A stretch of 64,000 bases of DNA from Candidatus Staskawiczbacteria bacterium (GCA_903845295.1 CAIMWV010000015.1:6354-70353), one strand, 5' to 3'. Positions 42,340 through 52,932 are shown, counted from the stretch's first letter. Numbers and translations are program-made. The notes: a model not told the origin generated them from the letters alone.

Positions 42340-43428
42340 ATGGTAACTGCAGACGAAGAATTACAAGCTAAAGAATTTTTAAAGAGGGCTGAAATAAGGA
42401 CAATGAGAAAGGACCTGCAGGCCCTGAGAGAGACTGATGCGCTGAAAGAAAGAGATAAAATTGCCAAAATAAAAACTTTGGAAGAGCAGAGAGCAGAACA
42501 GGAAAAACAACTGCAGACAAAAGAAGCTGTAAAAGCTGCTGAAGAAAAAGTGGGGAGAGAAGAGATTCTGCAAAAAAACGAGGGAGAGGAAAGGATAGCA
42601 GAAAAAGATCTGAAAGATTATGCCACAGAACAGGAGCGCCAGCAGATATTTTTGATTGAATCCCAGCGCCTCGCTTTTGAAAAGCAAGTTGATGCAATTG
42701 ATAAAGTAAAGGATCCGGCATTGAAATTGGAAAAGAATAAATTGCTATTGCAAAAACGCGACCAGCAGGCAAAATTGAATTCTATTTTAGAAGAGGAAAG
42801 GAAACTGGAAACCGATGAAAAATTTATTATAGAAAAAGAGCAGACAACCACTATTGCATCCCAAAGAAAAAGTTTGGAACAATCAAAGGCAGACGAAGAC
42901 AAAAAAATACAGGACGTTGAAAGGAAGAGATGGGAAGCCGAAAAACAAATTCAAGATACAGACAGCAAGGTAAGCCAGGTGGATATATCTTCGGAAAGCC
43001 TCGTAACAGAAAAAAACGGGCTCCGGGACAAAATTTTAGGAGCAGACAAGTCATTAAGAGAAATTTATTCTGTTGTTATGGCCAGAGAGGAAGAAAAAAG
43101 AAGAGGCCAGGCCGCCGAGCAAATAGCCAAAAGAGAAGCCCTGTCAAAAGTAAGGCTTGAACAAAAAGAGAGGGTGCAAAGGCAACAATGGTCTGGAGCA
43201 TCAACATCCGCGCCTAAAAAACCCTTGGAAATTCCGGTTCCGGTGCCTGCAAAACAAAAACTGGCGAGATCATTTGAGGCCGAAGAGGAACAAAGAAGAA
43301 AATTTTTACAGGACGTAGAGCTGGGAACAAGCAAAAACCAAGGCCAGCCGATGCAAAAAACATTTGTGCAGCCCCAGCAAGCAACACAAACTGCTCCCCC
43401 ACCGCCAATACCGCCTAAAAAACTATAA
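42340..43428 (+). CDS. Hypothetical Glu/Lys/Gln-rich coiled-coil protein with Pro-rich C-terminus
   Basis: 362-aa ATG ORF with low-complexity charged repeats. Confidence 0.55.
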   Translation: MVTADEELQAKEFLKRAEIRTMRKDLQALRETDALKERDKIAKIKTLEEQRAEQEKQLQTKEAVKAAEEKVGREEILQKNEGEERIAEKDLKDYATEQERQQIFLIESQRLAFEKQVDAIDKVKDPALKLEKNKLLLQKRDQQAKLNSILEEERKLETDEKFIIEKEQTTTIASQRKSLEQSKADEDKKIQDVERKRWEAEKQIQDTDSKVSQVDISSESLVTEKNGLRDKILGADKSLREIYSVVMAREEEKRRGQAAEQIAKREALSKVRLEQKERVQRQQWSGASTSAPKKPLEIPVPVPAKQKLARSFEAEEEQRRKFLQDVELGTSKNQGQPMQKTFVQPQQATQTAPPPPIPPKKL

Positions 43429-43446
43429 ATAAATTAAAATAAAAAA

Positions 43447-43809
43447 ATGGACAAAAAACTAATCGAAGAGTTAAAGAAAAAACTAGAATTGGAAAAAAAA
43501 TCCCTGCAAAAAGAGCTGGAAAGTTTTGCTACAGAGGATCCTAAGCTAAAGCACAATTGGGATACAAAATACCCAAACAGGGAAGATGGCGATAAAGATG
43601 AAGAGGCCGATGAAGTCCAGGAGTATGACAATAAACTGTCCTTAGAATATAGCATGGAATTAAAGTTAAAAGATGTAAGTAATGCTTTAGAAAAAATTGA
43701 AAAGGGCGGATATGGAATTTGCGAAAACTGCGGTAAAAAAATCGATGAAAAAAGATTACTTGCCTGCCCTGAAGCAAAAACCTGTCTTAGGTGTGGGAAA
43801 AATAGCTAA
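43447..43809 (+). CDS. DksA/TraR-family C4 zinc-finger protein
   Basis: 120 aa. CENCGKKIDEKRLLACPEAKTCLRCGK preceded by a coiled-coil region. Confidence 0.75.
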   Translation: MDKKLIEELKKKLELEKKSLQKELESFATEDPKLKHNWDTKYPNREDGDKDEEADEVQEYDNKLSLEYSMELKLKDVSNALEKIEKGGYGICENCGKKIDEKRLLACPEAKTCLRCGKNS

Positions 43810-43859
43810 AATAAATATAAGGGTCGTATTTCAATTAATTTTAATTATCAAAAAATATT

Positions 43860-44078
43860 ATGATTATGAAACCCGAACAAGAACCATCTCCCCAAGATTT
43901 AACAAGAGAAGAAGATGTAACTTCATTGATGATATCAAGCAAAAACGAAGAAGAATGGAATAATAATTGTGACAAAATAAAAGCGGCAAACAATAAAGAT
44001 TATCCCAAATTTTGGTATGAAAAAATAGTATTATCCGGATTAGCGAATAAAGTACAAAAATCTTGGGAGAAAAAATAA
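43860..44078 (+). CDS. Hypothetical protein, 72 aa
   Basis: ATG ORF followed by terminator 44082-44109. Confidence 0.45.
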   Translation: MIMKPEQEPSPQDLTREEDVTSLMISSKNEEEWNNNCDKIKAANNKDYPKFWYEKIVLSGLANKVQKSWEKK

Positions 44079-44081
44079 AAC

Positions 44082-44109
44082 AAAAAACCGGGATTAGTCC
44101 CGGTTTTTT
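44082..44109 (+). terminator. Rho-independent terminator
   Basis: aaaaaaccggga-ttag-tcccggtttttt. Confidence 0.65.
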
Positions 44110-44134
44110 GTTTTGTGTGGTAAAATATAAGAAT

Positions 44135-45655
44135 ATGCCAAGCAAAGTTTTTTCAGGAGCCATAAACGGACTAGATGCGCAGTTGGTGGAAGTGGAGGTT
44201 GATGTGGCGCAGGGATTGCGTTCTTTTTCTATTGTCGGGCTTCCTGATAAGGCAGTAAAGGAATCGGAAGACAGGGTTGATTCTGCGATAAAAAGCGCGA
44301 AATTATTGTCTCCGCACAGTAGAACTTTCAAGGTTTTGGTGAACTTGGCGCCCGCTGATTTAAAAAAAGAAGGTTCTATTTATGATTTGCCAATTGCTTT
44401 GGCATTTTTAATTGCATCAAAACAAACAATCTTCAATCCGGCAGACAAAATATTTTTAGGCGAGCTGTCCCTTGATGGAAAATTAAGGCCGATAAAAGGC
44501 GCCCTGTCTTTTGCTTTACTGGCTAAAAAGCTCGGAGTCAAAGAAATAATTTTACCGAAGCAAAATGCCATAGAGGCTTCCCTGATAAAAGATGTAAAAG
44601 TTGTCGGCGTAGATTCATTGGCCGAAACCCTGGCCTACTTGGAACAAAGAATACAAATTCCGGGAATGAAATTCAAAGAAGAACAAGTTGTTTCAAATCC
44701 TGATTATCAAATTGATATCGGCTGGGTAAAAGGGCAAGAATATGCAAAAAGAGCTTTAGAAATTACAGCTGCCGGCTCGCATAATTTATTTATGTTTGGG
44801 CCTCCCGGTGGAGGAAAAAGTTTGCTGGCAAAAGCTTTGCCGTCAATCTTGCCGAAATTAAATTTTGCAGAGTCTTTGGAAGTTACAAAAATTTACAGTA
44901 TTGCCGGCCTTCTGCCGGAAAACCAGGCACTCATAAATTTCAGGCCTTTCCGCTCGCCTCACCACATTTCTTCTGAAGTTGCCTTGATCGGCGGAGGAAA
45001 TCCGCCCAGACCTGGCGAAATAACCCTGGCTCATCGCGGAGTTTTATTTTTAGACGAATTTCCGGAATTTCACAGGGATGTTTTAGAGTCTTTGCGCCAG
45101 CCGATTGAAGAAGGGAAAATAACTGTCTCGCGGGCAAAAAACACTTTTACTTTTCCTTCCAGATTTATGCTTATAGCCGCCTCCAACCCGTGCCCTTGCG
45201 GATATTTTAATGACCCGGAAAAACCATGCACCTGTTCTCCCTCTCAAATTTCAATGTACAGGAGAAAAATGTCCGGACCCTTAATGGACAGAGTTGATTT
45301 ATTCATTGAAGTGCCGGCAGTAAAATATGAAAAATTGACTGCTGATTCCGCTGAAAATCAGAGCCAGGCTATAAGGGAAAAAATTGAGAAAGCCAGAGAA
45401 AAACAAAAAGAAAGGTTTGCCGGCGATAAAATCTTAACAAACTCTGAAATGAACATCCCTGAAACTAAAAAATATTGCGGGCATGATGAGCAGTCTCAGA
45501 ATCTTTTGAAAAAATATGTTGATTCGGGAAAATTATCTGCCAGAGGATATCACAGAATTTTAAAAGTTGCCAGAACTATTGCTGACTTGGCTGATTCTGA
45601 TAAAATCCAACATGAGCATATTGCCGAGGCCTTGATGTATAGAATTAGAGATTAA
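44135..45655 (+). CDS. comM: YifB/ComM Mg-chelatase-like AAA+ ATPase
   Basis: Track ORF 44063..45655 trimmed to MPSKVFSGAINGLDAQLVEVEVD. Walker A GPPGGGKS, Walker B GVLFLDEF. TAAAAT lies 8 nt before the ATG. Confidence 0.9.
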   Translation: MPSKVFSGAINGLDAQLVEVEVDVAQGLRSFSIVGLPDKAVKESEDRVDSAIKSAKLLSPHSRTFKVLVNLAPADLKKEGSIYDLPIALAFLIASKQTIFNPADKIFLGELSLDGKLRPIKGALSFALLAKKLGVKEIILPKQNAIEASLIKDVKVVGVDSLAETLAYLEQRIQIPGMKFKEEQVVSNPDYQIDIGWVKGQEYAKRALEITAAGSHNLFMFGPPGGGKSLLAKALPSILPKLNFAESLEVTKIYSIAGLLPENQALINFRPFRSPHHISSEVALIGGGNPPRPGEITLAHRGVLFLDEFPEFHRDVLESLRQPIEEGKITVSRAKNTFTFPSRFMLIAASNPCPCGYFNDPEKPCTCSPSQISMYRRKMSGPLMDRVDLFIEVPAVKYEKLTADSAENQSQAIREKIEKAREKQKERFAGDKILTNSEMNIPETKKYCGHDEQSQNLLKKYVDSGKLSARGYHRILKVARTIADLADSDKIQHEHIAEALMYRIRD

Positions 45656-45662
45656 TACCAAT

Positions 45663-45698
45663 AAAAAACAGAGCGGGCAAAGCCGCTCTGTTTTTTTT
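45663..45698. terminator. Bidirectional terminator between comM and the M23 peptidase gene
   Basis: aaaaaa-cagagcgg-gcaaag-ccgctctg-tttttttt. Confidence 0.65.
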
Positions 45699-45701
45699 GA
45701 A

Positions 45702-46868
45702 TTATTTATAACTTATAGTTGAACCCTTTGGGTATACTGCTAAAGGATTTCTGGCTCCCACAACCTCAAAGTGCAAATGGCATCCTGTAGAATTGCCGGC
45801 GCCCGCCATACCCAAGGCTCCGCCCATAAAGGCGATATTTTGGCCGGTATAAACCTTGTCTCCCGGTTTCACCAGCAAGGTCATAAGGTGGCCATAATAG
45901 GTGACAGTTCCATTGCTGTGCAAAATTGTTATATGATTTCCCATGCCTCCGTTCCAGCCGCCATTAGAAACAGCTCTCTGCACGACGCCGGCAGCCGCCG
46001 CATATATAGGAGTCCCGCATTTATTGGCAATATCAACAGCATTATAATAATGAAGCCCTTGTGTGATGTGTCCCTGCGTCGGAAAGATAAAGAACCCATT
46101 GGCTAAAGGAATTTGATTATTTATTATCGGGCTGGATTTTTTAGGCATCACTCCTCCCGGTACGATTAAAATATCGCCGATATAAATATCATCTTGATTG
46201 GCTAAATCGTTGTAAGAAATTATTTCATCTGCTTGCGCCTTATAAGTTTGGGCAATTCCTGCTAGAGTATCTCCAGATTTTATAACATGCAAAATGCCGT
46301 CTACGGGCAAAATAACTAAACTTTGGCCAACTTTAACTGTTGATGAACTTGCAAGGTCATTTGCCCAGAGCAAAGTATTGACAGAGATATTATTTGCACC
46401 TGCTATAGACTGCAAAGTGTCGCCCGGCTGGACAACATAGTTGGCTACATCTTTTTGATCTTGAATGCTCCCTCCGAACGCATCTCCTAAAACTTTTCCG
46501 GACACGACGCATGTAGTGGCTACTCCGCAAAGAGTATTATCTTGCATTATTTTCAGATCCGGGGTTTCCAAAGGAATCGCATTCGCCTGGCTGGAAAACA
46601 AAGTATCTCCAGATGACCCGAGGGGCGCCCCGGTCACCCCATTGCTGGGTTTAAAAAAAGAGTTGGAAAAAACCATGTGGCTTGAGCCCAAATTAACTGA
46701 ACTATCGCAAGATGCATATATCGCCGAGAACAAAATAACAGAAACTAATCCAAAATAAAATAAAGGATTTTTGAATAATCCTCTTAAATCAGCCCATTTC
46801 TGCATATTTTTTACAGAGAGCCAAATCGCTTTTATCCTTATTAAAATTTTTCTGATTATCTTCAACAA
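45702..46868 (-). CDS. LysM-domain M23-family peptidoglycan endopeptidase
   Basis: 388 aa with an N-terminal TM helix. Two LysM repeats (YVVQPGDTLQSIA..., HVIKSGDTLAGIA...). M23 motifs HYYNAVDIA, GHL, CHLHFEV. Confidence 0.85.
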   Translation of the reverse strand: MLKIIRKILIRIKAIWLSVKNMQKWADLRGLFKNPLFYFGLVSVILFSAIYASCDSSVNLGSSHMVFSNSFFKPSNGVTGAPLGSSGDTLFSSQANAIPLETPDLKIMQDNTLCGVATTCVVSGKVLGDAFGGSIQDQKDVANYVVQPGDTLQSIAGANNISVNTLLWANDLASSSTVKVGQSLVILPVDGILHVIKSGDTLAGIAQTYKAQADEIISYNDLANQDDIYIGDILIVPGGVMPKKSSPIINNQIPLANGFFIFPTQGHITQGLHYYNAVDIANKCGTPIYAAAAGVVQRAVSNGGWNGGMGNHITILHSNGTVTYYGHLMTLLVKPGDKVYTGQNIAFMGGALGMAGAGNSTGCHLHFEVVGARNPLAVYPKGSTISYK

Positions 46869-46955
46869 GATACATTAAATTTACCATTTAAAAACCGGCC
46901 AGTCAAATAGTTATGCACAACAAACACAACTGCTTTTATATGCTATAATATTCCA

Positions 46956-47798
46956 ATGGAACTTACCTCTCCGAAAACACTAAAAGAGCTTCTTTCAAAA
47001 TATGAAACCCGGCCATCAAAAGGACTGGGCCAGAATTTTTTAATCGATAAAAAAGTCTTAAAAAGGATTATCGAGTCAGCTGATATCAAACCAAATGATA
47101 TTATTCTGGAAGTTGGGCCCGGCGCAGGCACACTGACCCAGGAGCTAGCCCGGAAAGCTAAAAAAGTTATTGCTGTTGAAAAAGACAGAACAATGATTGA
47201 AATTCTAAAAGAAACATTAAAAGATTTTAATAATGTAGAAGTTGTTCAAGGTGATATTTTAAAGCTGAATCTTGAACACTACACCCTAAACCCTTATAAG
47301 ATTATTGCAAACATACCATATTATTTGACATCTCCTTTGATCAGAAAATTTCTTGAGGAAAAAAATCAGCCGCAAGAAATGATTTTAATGCTTCAAAAAG
47401 AAGTGGCTCAAAGAATTTGTGCAAAACCGCCGCAAATGAGCTTGCTGGCGGTATCTGTGCAATTTTATGCTGAGCCGAAAATTATTTCTTATGTTTCAAA
47501 AAATTGCTTTTGGCCGCCGCCAAAGGTTGATTCAGCAATAATAAAAATTAAACCACAGATTAATACAGAAAAAAAACAGATCGATGCGGATTTATTTTTT
47601 AAAATTGTTAAAGCCGGGTTTTCCCAGCCCAGAAAGCAATTAGCCGGAAATTTATCAAAAATCTTGAAAATTGACAAAGAAAAGACGACCGCATGGTTGC
47701 TTAAAAATAATATTAAGCCAAACCAACGGGCAGAGACGCTAAATGTTGAAGATTGGATAAGATTGGCAAAAACAGGAAAAGTTGTTATAATCACATAA
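46956..47798 (+). CDS. rsmA: 16S rRNA (adenine1518/1519-N6)-dimethyltransferase
   Basis: 280 aa. GLGQNFL, SAM-binding ILEVGPGAGTLT, NIPYYLTSP. Confidence 0.9.
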   Translation: MELTSPKTLKELLSKYETRPSKGLGQNFLIDKKVLKRIIESADIKPNDIILEVGPGAGTLTQELARKAKKVIAVEKDRTMIEILKETLKDFNNVEVVQGDILKLNLEHYTLNPYKIIANIPYYLTSPLIRKFLEEKNQPQEMILMLQKEVAQRICAKPPQMSLLAVSVQFYAEPKIISYVSKNCFWPPPKVDSAIIKIKPQINTEKKQIDADLFFKIVKAGFSQPRKQLAGNLSKILKIDKEKTTAWLLKNNIKPNQRAETLNVEDWIRLAKTGKVVIIT

Positions 47799-47830
47799 AA
47801 GATCAAATAAAAATTAATTGCTAAAAAATT

Positions 47831-48208
47831 ATGGCTGAAACACTAAGACCAAAAAGCGAAAAATTAGAATCGGAACAGACTCCAGAAATAGTCGTGGATC
47901 AAGCTGCAAAAGAGGTTGTATCCACGGCCGAATTTCAGGAGGCGGCTTCCGCTGATGCTACTTCCGAACGCACAAAAAACCCTGAAAGCTGGCTGAAAAC
48001 TAAATCTAAAGAATTTTTTGATCCAAGGGCTAATTTGAATGCTGCCAAGACAGCTGCTGGGTTAGGAATTTTTTCTGTTTTTAAAATGTTTGGGGCCCTT
48101 ATAAAATTTGCAAAGGAAGCAATAATGAGAAAAGGAGAGGTTGGGTTTGGAAAGGGATTTGAAATTGGAGAAAAAATATTTGGAAGCGAAAAAAAAGATA
48201 AAAGTTAA
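47831..48208 (+). CDS. Hypothetical protein, 125 aa
   Basis: ATG ORF. No family recognised. Confidence 0.45.
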   Translation: MAETLRPKSEKLESEQTPEIVVDQAAKEVVSTAEFQEAASADATSERTKNPESWLKTKSKEFFDPRANLNAAKTAAGLGIFSVFKMFGALIKFAKEAIMRKGEVGFGKGFEIGEKIFGSEKKDKS

Positions 48209-48217
48209 TTCATATAA

Positions 48218-48493
48218 ATGGCATCTAAAAAAAATTTAAAGGAGCTATCAGCGTCTCAAATAGATTTAAGTTCAAGGATTTTTGATTTAGTGATTGGCCG
48301 AGTTTTAAAAGGGGCCTATTCGGGGTTTGACGAAAAAACTAAAAAAGAAATGGATGAAACCTTCCTTTCAGACAACGACAAGGAAAAAGAAAAATTTATT
48401 AAAAAAAATATACCAAATTTTAAAAAACTTTTTGAGGAAGAAGCAAAAAAGATTGAGGAAAAAATCAAGGCAGAGATAGAACAGAAAATTTAA
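48218..48493 (+). CDS. Hypothetical Lys/Glu-rich protein, 91 aa
   Basis: ATG ORF. No family recognised. Confidence 0.45.
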   Translation: MASKKNLKELSASQIDLSSRIFDLVIGRVLKGAYSGFDEKTKKEMDETFLSDNDKEKEKFIKKNIPNFKKLFEEEAKKIEEKIKAEIEQKI

Positions 48494-48617
48494 AAAACAA
48501 TTACCAATTAGCGCTAGATGTGGACAACTTGAGCGTTTTTTTATTTCCCTGCGAAAACGTTAAACATTAAGAATTGGATTGGCCCTTGTTTTTGAATTTA
48601 TGTTATAATAAATAAAT

Positions 48618-49226
48618 ATGTTAAATATCAGTTTCTATTTATATATATTTGTTCTGATTATATGGCTTATCTATATATTTAATTCTTTCTATCAAAATTA
48701 CCGGATGAAAAAATTTATACCCAGCAAAACCATAGAAGTTTTAACTATTCCTTTTTACATTTTTTCTACATTATCTTTTTATCTCTTAACCAGAAACATT
48801 ATAATTATTATTTCAACTGGCAATAGAGAAAAATTTATAAATTTAAATTCGTTATGGCCGATAATTTTAGTTATCACAGGAATAGTATTTTGCTCCTGTT
48901 CTGCAATTCTTTATATCTATGCCAATTTTTTCGAAAAATCTTTTCCAAGCTGCATAACCGCGGAAAATAACAAGCCGCTTGAAGGATTATATAAATATAT
49001 CCGCCATCCTTCATATTACATATTCTTTTTTATAACTTTCGGGAATGCTCTCTGCTTATTAAGTCTGCCACTTTTCATATTGGCATGCATAAATCATATT
49101 TGTCTTTATTTTTATTATATGATTGAAGAAAATCAAATCAGGAAAACAAATGCTGATTATGATAAATATTTGAAGATAAGCAACAGGTTCTTGCCGAATT
49201 TTTTTAAAATGCCGGCTATCAACTGA
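48618..49226 (+). CDS. Membrane methyltransferase-like protein (ICMT/PEMT-type fold)
   Basis: 202 aa with 4-5 TM helices. GLYKYIRHPSYY motif as in isoprenylcysteine carboxyl / phospholipid methyltransferases. Confidence 0.5.
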   Translation: MLNISFYLYIFVLIIWLIYIFNSFYQNYRMKKFIPSKTIEVLTIPFYIFSTLSFYLLTRNIIIIISTGNREKFINLNSLWPIILVITGIVFCSCSAILYIYANFFEKSFPSCITAENNKPLEGLYKYIRHPSYYIFFFITFGNALCLLSLPLFILACINHICLYFYYMIEENQIRKTNADYDKYLKISNRFLPNFFKMPAIN

Positions 49227-49278
49227 TAAAGATTAATGCTTTATCTATTATTTGTGATATAATTATTATAATTAAAAC

Positions 49279-50025
49279 ATGATTAAAAAGACTGAGGCAA
49301 TGTTCTTTCGGGTTTCAGAAAATATATTCATAAAATATTATAAGGCCGGTGAAAAATTAAAAGATTTTTTATCGCCAATTTTTAATCCGGAAAATAAGGA
49401 AAGAGGCCTTGTAATTTCGGGTACCACACTGCTTATTGTTGGAATAGCAGCAGCAGTATTAGCCGGAGTAGGGTATGTATCCGTAAAAAATACCGTAGCA
49501 GGAGCGGAAGCAGATTTTTTTACCGCTTTAGTTTTAGGAATAGGTTTAGTGTTTGTGATGCTTGGCCAAGCAGTTTTTGGTTTTGCCGCCGGTTTTTTAA
49601 CAAGAGTTTTAGACCCACAGTTCATAAATGGAGCCATTACTAGCAATCAGGTATTCTCAACTGTATGGGGAAACGTCAGGGATTTAGCTAATATGATTAT
49701 TGTTATGGGATTTGTTGTTGTGGGAATAGCCACCGCATTAAGAATCCAGGAATATGCGGCAAAGAAAATTTTATGGCGGTTAATATTAATTGCTCTTGTA
49801 ATTAATTTTTCCGGCCTGTTTTGCGGGCTGATAATTGATTTATCAAATATAACAATGAACGGACTGCTTGGCGGCAGCAGTGCCCAAACAAACATTGAGT
49901 CGATATCTCTTGCTATTACAAATTATGTAAATAATGCGCTTGGAGAAACCGCAAAATTAATGCCCGGTGGCGGCATAATCTCAACTCCCCCAGCTCCTGC
50001 AGCTCCTGCAGCTGTTGGCAGATAA
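49279..50025 (+). CDS. Polytopic membrane protein, possible N-terminal part of a VirB6/TrbL-like channel component
   Basis: 248 aa with 5-6 TM helices. The Pro/Ala tail STPPAPAAPAAV resembles the N-terminal linker of 51397..52911. Confidence 0.5.
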   Translation: MIKKTEAMFFRVSENIFIKYYKAGEKLKDFLSPIFNPENKERGLVISGTTLLIVGIAAAVLAGVGYVSVKNTVAGAEADFFTALVLGIGLVFVMLGQAVFGFAAGFLTRVLDPQFINGAITSNQVFSTVWGNVRDLANMIIVMGFVVVGIATALRIQEYAAKKILWRLILIALVINFSGLFCGLIIDLSNITMNGLLGGSSAQTNIESISLAITNYVNNALGETAKLMPGGGIISTPPAPAAPAAVGR

Positions 50026-50146
50026 ACTCCTGCCTCGCCGCCCCAATAACGCTAAAGCAGAAGCTCTTAATATTTCTGACTAGATAAATTTATTAAAGAG
50101 TTTAGAAAAAGAATAAAAATATTTTTATCAATAATTTTAAACCATT

Positions 50147-51244
50147 ATGACAGTAAAAAATAATTTAATTTGGGTAGGGGCGTCTCTTGCGGTGTTTTTG
50201 TTTTTAATTAGTTTCGGAAATAAAACTTTACTTTATATGAATACGGCGGATTTAATTGGCAGCCTTGGCAGCCAATGCGCTCCTAATTGGCAGTGTAACT
50301 CTTGGACTGAATGCAACTCTCGGGGCGAGGCATACAGGCAGTGTGCAGATATAAATAATTGTATGAGGGCTGTTTCTCCCGATACCAGTCGTGATTGTGT
50401 GCTGACGCCGGAAATGCTGACTTCTTATCAGAATGATTACGAAAATAAACTTTTAAATATCGGAGGCGATACCTCTAAAATAAAAGTTGATTTTACCGGG
50501 GGAATAGGGGAACAAAATAGCGGGGACTGCCAGTATATTAACGACACAAGCCCAATTTGCTATTATTTCAATCTTCCCGGCAATATGTCTATCAAATTTT
50601 CGAACAGCCAGGCATCAGGAGATTCGTCCCAGGGGGAAATGACCTTTATAAACGGAGATACAAATAAAAAACTGATGACAGGGATAGGATCTTTAAAAGA
50701 CCCTCTTAATAAAATTTCGGCGGGATTTTATGTTTATCCGACTAATTCCGAAAATATTTTTTATATTGTCGGCGATAAAACAATAGAAAATAATATTATG
50801 TCCTGGAAAGAAATTTATTTTGATGTGTCAAAACAGGATATCGTTTTTTATGCAGATGCCGGCGTGAATTTAGGAGGGACAAACGTAAGTTTCGTTAATA
50901 TTAAAAAAGGCGCCCAGAAAGAATATGATATTAATGTAAATCTGCCCAGTTCTTGCACTTTTCCTGAAAAATATGGATTAAACGGCATTTTTGTGAACAA
51001 CGTAAATAATAGCGTATTTCCCAATTCCCTGTCATTTGATTGCAATCAAGACGGACAAAGCTATTCAGACTCAATTGAGGTCGAACCGCTTGCGCTAAGC
51101 AGCGATTTTAAAACGCTCCATTTATTTGTGCATAAATTTAAAAACGACGGCCTTAAAAATAATGGCCCTGAAAAAGATGGCACAGATTGGCATTACTTAT
51201 TTGGTTTAACTGGCGGCACAATAACATTTGCGCCAAATAATTAA
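50147..51244 (+). CDS. Secreted hypothetical protein with N-terminal Cys-rich motif
   Basis: 365 aa with a signal/TM anchor, then CAPNWQCNSWTECNSRGEAYRQCADINNC. Confidence 0.55.
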   Translation: MTVKNNLIWVGASLAVFLFLISFGNKTLLYMNTADLIGSLGSQCAPNWQCNSWTECNSRGEAYRQCADINNCMRAVSPDTSRDCVLTPEMLTSYQNDYENKLLNIGGDTSKIKVDFTGGIGEQNSGDCQYINDTSPICYYFNLPGNMSIKFSNSQASGDSSQGEMTFINGDTNKKLMTGIGSLKDPLNKISAGFYVYPTNSENIFYIVGDKTIENNIMSWKEIYFDVSKQDIVFYADAGVNLGGTNVSFVNIKKGAQKEYDINVNLPSSCTFPEKYGLNGIFVNNVNNSVFPNSLSFDCNQDGQSYSDSIEVEPLALSSDFKTLHLFVHKFKNDGLKNNGPEKDGTDWHYLFGLTGGTITFAPNN

Positions 51245-51396
51245 ATAAAAAAACCTTTAAGTTTTTGGGCAAGTGACGATTAACGATAGCCGCCGGAATA
51301 TGACCTGCGAAAAATTTTATAGAAAAAAAGATAAAATATTCTTAATAATGCGATCAATAAAAAAATCAAAAAAGATTTAAACAATAATCTTAACTT

Positions 51397-52911
51397 ATGC
51401 CAAAATTTTTTTCAATTTTAAAAAACAAAAAACTAATATTTTTTGTTTTTCTAATTTTTACATTTTTAGCACTAACTTTTCCTGAAATAACTATCGCTGT
51501 TAACGGTGGACCCGTAATGAATGGTTTGTTACCATCGACCCCAATATCAGCACCAACTCCCGCACCGGTTACAGCCGCCGTTAAAGAGCCTGGGAAATTT
51601 TTGTTAAATTGCATCTTATTTTTTTGCATGTTGGTATTTGCGGCATACACGTTTGCGATTATGGCTGTTTTGATTGCTGCAAGATATGCCGTACTTGCCG
51701 CGCTTTATATACTTTCGCCATTGGCTTTTGCTTTTTGGATTTTTCCTGCGTCCAGATTAAAGAAATACCACTCACAATGGTGGGACGAATTTTTAAAATG
51801 GTGCTTTGTGGGAGTTTTTGCCTCATTTTTTATTTATTTGGCAACAAAAGTAATAGATGCCTCAACCAAAAGCGGGAAGTTAGACACTTTCCCTCTTTTC
51901 GTTGCTTTTATCTTTATTATAGTCGGTTACAAGATGATCCGCAAAACTGGTGGAATAGCAGATATAGCAGCTGGCGCAATTAAAGGAGTTGCAACCGGAG
52001 GAGCTGGGCTTGCTATGGGAGCAGTGGTAGGGGCGGGAGGGATAGCAATGAATAGATTAGGTAGGACAGCAACCGGACAAAGAGTAAAAGAGGCAGTTAG
52101 CGACAGAGTGGCCAGAATTCAAGAAACTCTTGGCGCGCCAGAGGGCCATGCAGCCCAGCAAAGAACGGCCAGGGAGCGTGCTGCAGCAACACAAGTAAAT
52201 GCTCTGCGAACATCTTCAGCCCAAGGAGACAGAAATAGATACGAACAACTTGTCAGAACCGGCCAAGGAGCAATGGGAGCAGCAGCTGTTACTACAGCCA
52301 ATGAGCACGGCGACCTTGGCAGATTATATGATCTGAATACCGATAATGGACTTAACCAAGCTAATAATCGCGTGGCCCATGCTCAAGCATTCGGACATGA
52401 AAGAGGTGAATTTGAAAGAAGAAATTATCAATTAAGAGGTGTTAACGAAGGAGCAATAGGCGCTTACGCAACTGCTCATCCCAATGTTGACCCAGCCAAT
52501 ATTCCAGCTACATTAAGGAGAGAACAGCTCGCAGAAAACCTCCCAACAATGACTGCTCCCGAATTTGGAAGAATTAATCATGAGGATCTTGGCGGTCCTG
52601 GCGGCTATCAATTTGTAAGAGATAACTTTACTCCCCGCATGATAGATCGAATAGGAGTTACAGGAAACGCTGATTTGATAGGTGCTGTAAATGCCCATGC
52701 GCCACAAATGATAACCGAAGCTGCTGCTGCAGGTGCTAATGGCAACCAAGGAGAATTTAACAGATTAAATGAAAGAATAATTGCGATTGCAAGATTGCCC
52801 GGAGCTCATCTGCCAAATAATCCTCCTCCGCAAACAAATGCATATCCGCCAAACAATGTTAATATACCTCCTCCAGGTCCAGGTCCAAACCCATATATTC
52901 CTCTGCCATAA
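51397..52911 (+). CDS. TrbL/VirB6-like polytopic membrane protein with Gly-rich loop and long soluble Pro-rich tail
   Basis: 504 aa with a signal segment and about 5 TM helices (LAALYILSPLAFAFWIFP..., WCFVGVFASFFIYL...). GGIADIAAGAIKGVATGGAGLAMGAVVGAGG. Confidence 0.55.
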   Translation: MPKFFSILKNKKLIFFVFLIFTFLALTFPEITIAVNGGPVMNGLLPSTPISAPTPAPVTAAVKEPGKFLLNCILFFCMLVFAAYTFAIMAVLIAARYAVLAALYILSPLAFAFWIFPASRLKKYHSQWWDEFLKWCFVGVFASFFIYLATKVIDASTKSGKLDTFPLFVAFIFIIVGYKMIRKTGGIADIAAGAIKGVATGGAGLAMGAVVGAGGIAMNRLGRTATGQRVKEAVSDRVARIQETLGAPEGHAAQQRTARERAAATQVNALRTSSAQGDRNRYEQLVRTGQGAMGAAAVTTANEHGDLGRLYDLNTDNGLNQANNRVAHAQAFGHERGEFERRNYQLRGVNEGAIGAYATAHPNVDPANIPATLRREQLAENLPTMTAPEFGRINHEDLGGPGGYQFVRDNFTPRMIDRIGVTGNADLIGAVNAHAPQMITEAAAAGANGNQGEFNRLNERIIAIARLPGAHLPNNPPPQTNAYPPNNVNIPPPGPGPNPYIPLP

Positions 52912-52932
52912 TTATAAAAAATTTATAAAAAA

